From an uncultured Pseudomonadales bacterium (GTDB lineage: Bacteria; Patescibacteriota; Microgenomatia; UBA1400; PJMF01): a stretch of DNA of 48,586 bases. The stretch lies in the NCBI GenBank assembly GCA_964443885.1, contig CAYUES010000002.1:1-48586 (forward strand), written 5' to 3'. This document shows, piece by piece, positions 43,611 to 48,586 of this stretch. Each line of letters begins with the position of its first letter. Within the stretch, counting starts at the first letter, position 1. A model generated the notes under the pieces. The model was not told where the DNA came from and did not search any database. It saw nothing but the letters and a program-made list of their open reading frames with translations. A program made the translations under genes and the position numbers.

Positions 43611-46600
43611 CTAAGAATCAGTACAAGCAGGATATGGGTAGCCCACTGGAGGTGCTACTGGATCTTTACCTGCTGTTTCGAGTAATTTGCGCCATAGTCT
43701 CCAGACATAGTCAGCTTGAGGAGTGTGCGCATTCCAGATTTGTCCATATTGATTGTCACCACGTTGGGCAAATGCTCTAATGAATTGGCTTTCGTTATCG
43801 TAGTAGCGTTGAGCGCCAGTCCACAATAGTAATCGGCAAGCCGAGTCTGCCGCCGCCGCAATATTTGTTGGTGTAGAAAAATCAAGGCCTACAGTCGTAA
43901 AGGTGGGAGGTTGATGCGTAATACATTGGTTTACGCCTGTAGCATTGCCTCGAGTCCAAGTATTCCAGGCGCCCGGCGTGAACTGGAATACACCAAGAGC
44001 GCCCACCGCATTTGGTGTCGTATGGTTTGTATATGACTGACTTTCTGAGTGGGCAGTGGCCAGGACCATCCAAGGATCGCAGCCATGCCTCTGAGAAGCG
44101 GCCGTGATTGCATTCCAAAGTTCTTGAGATGGAGGATTAAAAACCACATTATTTCCACTCCAGTAGGGGATCTGGAAACTAGAGATGTCTGTGAAGTCAG
44201 CCGAGATATTGGCACCCACACCCACTTGTGCAACGGAAGCACCACCACATGCATCAAGCAAGAAGTCTTCGGTGCTGTCACAGTTTTCAAGATACTTATG
44301 CGTTAAACTCTGAGCGCGTTGCAGCGCCAATTGGATTGTGTACATCCAGTAGCCAAGTTTTGCTCCCAAGACACCAGCGGGGCTAGGCTCCTGATCAGTA
44401 CCAAAACTAAAGCCAAAGGTTTTATTTACACACTCAAAATCAGTATATGGTGTGCCAGTACCATCGATCTTGGTAACTTCTTTACAGTCATATTTATCTT
44501 CAAAAGTGTGACTAGCCTCACCGCCTGTAAAAATAACTTTGTCATCTTTTATTTCAAACTGTTGATATGCCATAGATTTTTCTTTTAAGTCAGCAATCTG
44601 ATTACTGCTAAAGAACGTTCCTGACATTACCGCCTCGACGGTCTTTAGGTCATATCCAGCGGGATACACTATAAAATGCTTGACGGTACGTGCTGGCTCA
44701 GAGTTACCAAATGCACCCCGATTTCCATCTACGACGTGAAAGACCGACTTCAAACCCCAGTGTTCACCACCTTGTTTATTGTTGTTTGTGTCCGAATACA
44801 TCGGATTAAGGGCAGAGTCAGCGCCAGAATCTGGCACAATGTGTGTTTGGTCGGTGAATAAGTTTTCCAAAAGTGTGACGCCCCAGTCAGCTCTAAAAAC
44901 ACGACCCGGATCATCGAGTGGATCAAGTTGCGCTGGATCATAGATGTAGTCAGCTTGTTCAAAAGCGTCTTCATCATCACAGTTGAGCGTGAATAGTTGC
45001 TCGCGTTGCGCACCACTCAGTTCATCTTTCTGAGCTTCGGTTAAAGCGCCATTTTCTTCTTCAACCATAGCTTGGGCATTAATTAAATCAACCAAGGCCC
45101 AAGTGAGTGGATCTTTACATTGTTGTGCACCTACGCCAGGTTGTGAGCCTACATTGCCAATTTGACACTCAATTTCCATTGAGTTGTCATCTTGCGGAAC
45201 CGTTGCCACGTATCGACCAGCCGTTAATAGGCGTTGTCGTGCTTCATCACCTCGCTCATCCATTTCTTGTTTAATGTGCGAAGGAATCAAGACATCACGA
45301 GTTACCATTGCTGGATCATTGAAGTCCGTGTGACCACTCTCAGGCTCACCAGCGATCGTGCCTTTATTGGTGACAATGTCTGGAATTTTAAAGGCAGTAA
45401 CGATCACCACGTGTGGCGGATCTGGTGCTTCACCAAGTTCTCCACGGTGCGGATGCTGGAACAAATTGAGCATTGAGTCAGTCAATGGCACTCGAGTTCT
45501 AATCGTGGTCACTAAAAATGCCAAGCGGTATGAGTTTTCAACCTGGAGTGGTAAACCCAACATCCCACGGCGGAACTCAGAGTCAGGGCTAGATACAATG
45601 CGAGTACAGGTTTCTTGATGCTCGATTGAGCCACTTGAATAGCTTTTATACTGGTCAAGTAACGCTTTCACGGTCATCGAAGTATTTGGAACCTCTGTTT
45701 CATATAAAGCACAAGCACTTGGATCGGCAAGTTTGTTGCACATTTCCTGACGTTGCAGGAGTGAAATTGCCGACTGCACACACCGTTGATTGCTGGTTAA
45801 CAGCGAATTAACAGCACCCGAGCGCATTTCTGCTAGGTTGTAGTTGTCCGTGGCAGGCTCTTTATATCCAAAGTAATCTTCAAGTGAACGTTTGAGTTGT
45901 GGTAGCCGATTATTATCTCGCAGAATTGGAATCAGTGCTTCACGATAATCCACACTCAAAAGAGAAACAACGCGTTCAGAGAGCGGATTGGGACCAATAC
46001 TGCCATCCGCACCCGGAATCCCAATACCTCCTAAAACACCACCCTCGCCACCTGGGCTGTTACAACCACGGCTACCGCAGCGCAAGTAGTCACGCATCGC
46101 TTCTGCGCCTGCTTGATTTAGCACAATATCAAAACCAGGTGCCGCGCAGCGTGCTTCATAGCCTTGTCGTACTAAGTCATCACGAATAATATCCTTGTTC
46201 TTTGGCTCGATGCCTTTAATGGGGTGAATATAGTATTTATCAAAATCATAGGGAATAGTTTGATAGTTGATGCTGGTGGTTGGATCAGTGCCATCGGCAT
46301 TGAGACGAGCAGGGGCTTCACCAACGTAGAACATTTGACCTCTCGCTCCAGCTTGGGCTGCTGCCTCAAGTGACAGTGCTTTTTCGGCCGGATTATAGTA
46401 GTGAGCTGAGCTCATATTGATGCCGGAATCAGAGTTAGTAAAGTCAAAGTGAGACTGTCCTTCATGTTGCGGCCCAGGACTGTCACACATCGTCGTGTTT
46501 TCACTGGCTTTTTGGCCAAAGCCTACACGTTCACCAGGAAACATTCGAGCAATGGCTGCACCCAAGTTTTTATAGTCTTCAATAATGGTTGCATCACCGC

Positions 46601-47270
46601 GACAGTGAATTTCATTAGCTACTTCCACACCCCAGAAGGAAGGGTGATCTTTTTCGTTTGCGACTCCCGCAGCATGAGCATAAAACTCATTACTGCTATT
46701 TCGAGCATTGATGGCATCAAGTGTTTCTTTAAACCAACCAGAACCAACCTTTGAAGGAAGACCAGGACTGCCATTACTGTAGTCACCAATCGCTACCAGT
46801 AGTTGGACTCCAGTTCCATTTGCAGCATCGAGTGCTTTGGTAACTCCTTGAGGTCCACCGGCTTTTGCAAAAATACGAACCACTGTTACTCCACATGAAT
46901 CGTGTAACCACTTGAAGTGTGCAGCAATTTTAGTGCCATCATGAGCAGCGCCACCAACATCCCACATATTTACACCGACAAACTTGCCGCTAACGGCTGA
47001 CTTTTCTTTTAAAACTTTGCAAATAGCTTCACCATCGGGTGTGCCTTGAAAGAACGCATACGGATCACTCGCAAAAATTTGGCTGTTTCCTTTGTTTCCT
47101 GAGTATTGCCAAACGATGTATCCTTCTGCACCAGCCGCAAAGAAGTCATCAATTTCTTGCGCCAAACTTTCAGCGGCAGATTGAGCAAGCACTCGGGGAT
47201 GAATAACACTCAGACCAACTATAAAAATTAAGCAGAAAAACAACAACCTGATGAACTTCAGTTTCCACAT
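43611..47270 (-). CDS. Large secreted multi-domain cell-wall/glycan hydrolase: N-terminal TIM-barrel glycosidase-like region and C-terminal SLT lytic transglycosylase domain
   Basis: The signal peptide is MWKLKFIRLLFFCLIFIVGLSVIHPRVLAQS. FWGVEVANEIHC is a clan GH-A-like NE motif (weak evidence). The C-terminus is CDPWMVLATAHSESQSY...GALGVFQFTPGAWNTW, with the SLT E-S and GLMQ-like motifs. Confidence 0.65.
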   Translation of the reverse strand: MWKLKFIRLLFFCLIFIVGLSVIHPRVLAQSAAESLAQEIDDFFAAGAEGYIVWQYSGNKGNSQIFASDPYAFFQGTPDGEAICKVLKEKSAVSGKFVGVNMWDVGGAAHDGTKIAAHFKWLHDSCGVTVVRIFAKAGGPQGVTKALDAANGTGVQLLVAIGDYSNGSPGLPSKVGSGWFKETLDAINARNSSNEFYAHAAGVANEKDHPSFWGVEVANEIHCRGDATIIEDYKNLGAAIARMFPGERVGFGQKASENTTMCDSPGPQHEGQSHFDFTNSDSGINMSSAHYYNPAEKALSLEAAAQAGARGQMFYVGEAPARLNADGTDPTTSINYQTIPYDFDKYYIHPIKGIEPKNKDIIRDDLVRQGYEARCAAPGFDIVLNQAGAEAMRDYLRCGSRGCNSPGGEGGVLGGIGIPGADGSIGPNPLSERVVSLLSVDYREALIPILRDNNRLPQLKRSLEDYFGYKEPATDNYNLAEMRSGAVNSLLTSNQRCVQSAISLLQRQEMCNKLADPSACALYETEVPNTSMTVKALLDQYKSYSSGSIEHQETCTRIVSSPDSEFRRGMLGLPLQVENSYRLAFLVTTIRTRVPLTDSMLNLFQHPHRGELGEAPDPPHVVIVTAFKIPDIVTNKGTIAGEPESGHTDFNDPAMVTRDVLIPSHIKQEMDERGDEARQRLLTAGRYVATVPQDDNSMEIECQIGNVGSQPGVGAQQCKDPLTWALVDLINAQAMVEEENGALTEAQKDELSGAQREQLFTLNCDDEDAFEQADYIYDPAQLDPLDDPGRVFRADWGVTLLENLFTDQTHIVPDSGADSALNPMYSDTNNNKQGGEHWGLKSVFHVVDGNRGAFGNSEPARTVKHFIVYPAGYDLKTVEAVMSGTFFSSNQIADLKEKSMAYQQFEIKDDKVIFTGGEASHTFEDKYDCKEVTKIDGTGTPYTDFECVNKTFGFSFGTDQEPSPAGVLGAKLGYWMYTIQLALQRAQSLTHKYLENCDSTEDFLLDACGGASVAQVGVGANISADFTDISSFQIPYWSGNNVVFNPPSQELWNAITAASQRHGCDPWMVLATAHSESQSYTNHTTPNAVGALGVFQFTPGAWNTWTRGNATGVNQCITHQPPTFTTVGLDFSTPTNIAAAADSACRLLLWTGAQRYYDNESQFIRAFAQRGDNQYGQIWNAHTPQADYVWRLWRKLLETAGKDPVAPPVGYPYPACTDS

Positions 47271-47277
47271 ACCTTGT

Positions 47278-47283
47278 ATTATA
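47278..47283 (-). promoter_or_regulatory. -10 box TATAAT, 7 nt upstream of the ATG at 47270 (leaderless-type)
   Basis: The minus strand reads GGTATAAT-ACAAGGT-ATG. Confidence 0.45.
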
Positions 47284-47354
47284 CCTAATTGCTCTCACAA
47301 GACGGACAGCAGTTTATGGCAATTTAATCTGATAGAAAAGCTTAAATTAAGAGA

Positions 47355-47837
47355 TTATTGTGGTCCAGAAGGTTGTTGTGGATAGGTGTCACCTGGCAAA
47401 CCTCGATTACTACCGGGAATAACGATTTTTGTAATGTCATCAATGCCAGTGAAGTTTGCCAGCAGATTTAGCACAATAAAACCACTTAAAGTAACAATTA
47501 TTCCGATGATCATGAATAGAAAGGTGTTTTTGGCAGTCTCGGTACCTTTTGTATTACCACCAGATACTAAGTAGCGGAATGAAGCCACGATCAACATCAC
47601 AAACCCTGCTAAGCCAATTAGTGTAATAATGACAGTGAAAATATTTGCGAGTAAACACTGTATGCCTTGCAGAGTTGCTACGTCAGATGCATTAGTGCCA
47701 GGGAGTCCAACACAGACGCCAGACCATTCTTGGGTCTGAGCATAGACAGGAGTAATCAGTGTTGAAAATAATGCCACTGCAAATATACAGCCACGGATAA
47801 AAGAAGTAAGTGTAGATGAAAGAGATCTGCGTTTCAT
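47355..47837 (-). CDS. TrbC/VirB2-like T4SS pilin, copy 1
   Basis: Start chosen at ATG 47837 (MKRRSLSS...). The signal peptide ends ...TPVYAQT. Two hydrophobic helices (IFTVIITLIGLAGFVMLIVASF and FLFMIIGIIVTLSGFIVLNLL) are separated by the short polar loop RYLVSGGNTKGTETAKN. Confidence 0.65.
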   Translation of the reverse strand: MKRRSLSSTLTSFIRGCIFAVALFSTLITPVYAQTQEWSGVCVGLPGTNASDVATLQGIQCLLANIFTVIITLIGLAGFVMLIVASFRYLVSGGNTKGTETAKNTFLFMIIGIIVTLSGFIVLNLLANFTGIDDITKIVIPGSNRGLPGDTYPQQPSGPQ

Positions 47838-47845
47838 AACGATAT

Positions 47846-47851
47846 AGTATA
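47846..47851 (-). promoter_or_regulatory. -10 box TATACT, 8 nt upstream of the ATG at 47837 (leaderless-type)
   Basis: The minus strand reads GCTATACT-ATATCGTT-ATG. Confidence 0.4.
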
Positions 47852-47868
47852 GCTGAATTAGCTCTTTT

Positions 47869-48408
47869 TTATGGATTAATTCGTTTAATACTCCAGAAAA
47901 TTTCATTAAATGATTCAAATCCCAGAATGTATGCGACCAGTTGAGCGGTGGCATACGCGGCAGAAAGAACGAGTATTCCAACTATTGCCGAGATAATTCT
48001 TTGACGTGCCGCATCAATTTTGCCTTTATCGCCACCAGATGTAATCCACTGTAAGCCAGCCATAATCAGGTTGAAGAAAACGAGCAGCAAGGCTAGTACA
48101 ATCACGATTTGTAAAATAAAGTTTATTAATGATCCAATATCTTTTATATAGCCTGTTGATGGTCTAACTGGAGTAAACAAACCACCGGAATCAGTAGCTG
48201 CGTTTGTAGTTGCCGTTTGAGCAGAAATTGTTGAAGTTGGATCAACTTCACGATATGTTGTTGTTCCATCTTCTTCAGTAGTACTGAGGTAGTAGGCGTC
48301 ACCACTTTTAACAAGTTTTAAGCCACTGGCTGAAACAGTTGGTATGTTGAGTGCGAACAAACAAAAAACAACAAAGAGAGCGGTGAAGAGTGATTTTTTG
48401 TATGACAT
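47869..48408 (-). CDS. TrbC/VirB2-like T4SS pilin, copy 2 (longer mature N-terminal region)
   Basis: Start chosen at ATG 48408 (MSYKKSLFTALFVVFCLFALNIPTVSAS). Two C-terminal helices (ILQIVIVLALLLVFFNLIMAGL and IISAIVGILVLSAAYATAQLV) flank the loop QWITSGGDKGKIDAARQR. TGTATAAT lies 21 nt upstream. Confidence 0.6.
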   Translation of the reverse strand: MSYKKSLFTALFVVFCLFALNIPTVSASGLKLVKSGDAYYLSTTEEDGTTTYREVDPTSTISAQTATTNAATDSGGLFTPVRPSTGYIKDIGSLINFILQIVIVLALLLVFFNLIMAGLQWITSGGDKGKIDAARQRIISAIVGILVLSAAYATAQLVAYILGFESFNEIFWSIKRINP

Positions 48409-48481
48409 ACAATTTACTTGATTATTTTTATTATACAACAGATCCGAATCGATAAATATTAGCCAATACTGCGTAGCCACC

Positions 48482-48509
48482 AAAAACCCCCTGTTAAACA
48501 GGGGGTTTT
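48482..48509 (-). terminator. Intrinsic terminator of a minus-strand unit lying mostly beyond the window end
   Basis: aaaaccccctg-ttaaa-cagggggtttt forms a perfect 11-bp stem. On the minus strand it is followed by a T-run. Confidence 0.55.
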
Positions 48510-48586
48510 CAATTTCTTGTGAAATTACGGTATTAGTTACTAATCCGTTGAATACTACTGAATGCACTGTTGAAGTTTTCGAATCC

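Noticed and set aside
22814-48567. Calling the T4SS-like region an integrative conjugative element or other mobile element
   Set aside because: No integrase, recombinase, relaxase, coupling protein, transposase, flanking direct repeats or tRNA target are visible. Housekeeping genes (riboflavin kinase, EamA transporter) sit inside the region. Mobility cannot be supported from this window.
1-48586. Alternative genetic code (UGA recoding, as in some CPR lineages), and rRNA or tRNA genes
   Set aside because: Long conserved genes (valS, dnaA, dnaN, the VirB4-like gene) are intact under the standard code, and several genes end in TGA. No intergenic region is long enough, or has the conserved features, to hold a tRNA or rRNA.

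Overview
This is a chromosomal segment read with the standard genetic code; TGA is used as a stop, for example at 4468-4470 and at the valS stop. Gene content suggests a Patescibacteria/CPR genome, possibly Saccharibacteria-like: DUF4012 and VanW proteins, Pro/Gln-rich tails on envelope proteins, a minimal housekeeping set and monoderm-type T4SS genes. That placement is an inference from recalled motifs, because no database search was possible.

Layout:
- (1) 1-1285: a partial solute-binding protein gene that is missing from the ORF track.
- (2) 1395-7907: a VanW gene followed by a six-gene locus of four TasA/camelysin-like secreted proteins and two SipW-type (S26B) signal peptidases.
- (3) 7938-17013: SPFH protein, an AT-rich orphan gene, valS, a TPR-like membrane protein, an unlisted 58-aa zinc-ribbon ORF, rplY/ctc and a 1024-aa DUF4012 protein.
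- (4) 17093-22720: replication-origin neighbourhood, all on the minus strand: dnaA, dnaN, rpmH (unlisted), rnpA, yidD, yidC, jag, rnhA. A cluster of DnaA-box-like sites and an AT-rich stretch sit in the dnaA-dnaN spacer.
- (5) 22814-34068 and 40673-48567: a two-part monoderm-type type IV secretion-like gene set. It has a VirB4 ATPase, an ATPase-less protein resembling the VirB4 N-terminal domain with a perfect 180-bp tandem duplication, a PrgI/VirB3-like fusion, and a giant membrane protein ending in an M23 peptidase domain split by a frameshift. It also has a VirB6/TrbL-like polytopic protein, a 1219-aa secreted hydrolase with an SLT domain, and two TrbC/VirB2-like pilins. No relaxase, coupling protein or integrase is visible.
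- (6) 34144-40546 separates the two parts: an EamA transporter, a riboflavin kinase, a 414-aa acidic orphan and a 1212-aa orphan protein.

Across the window, many first-in-operon genes have a TATAAT-like box 6-8 nt upstream of the ATG and no Shine-Dalgarno sequence, which suggests leaderless mRNAs. No rRNA, tRNA, CRISPR array, transposase or integrase was seen. All homology calls rest on motifs read by eye.
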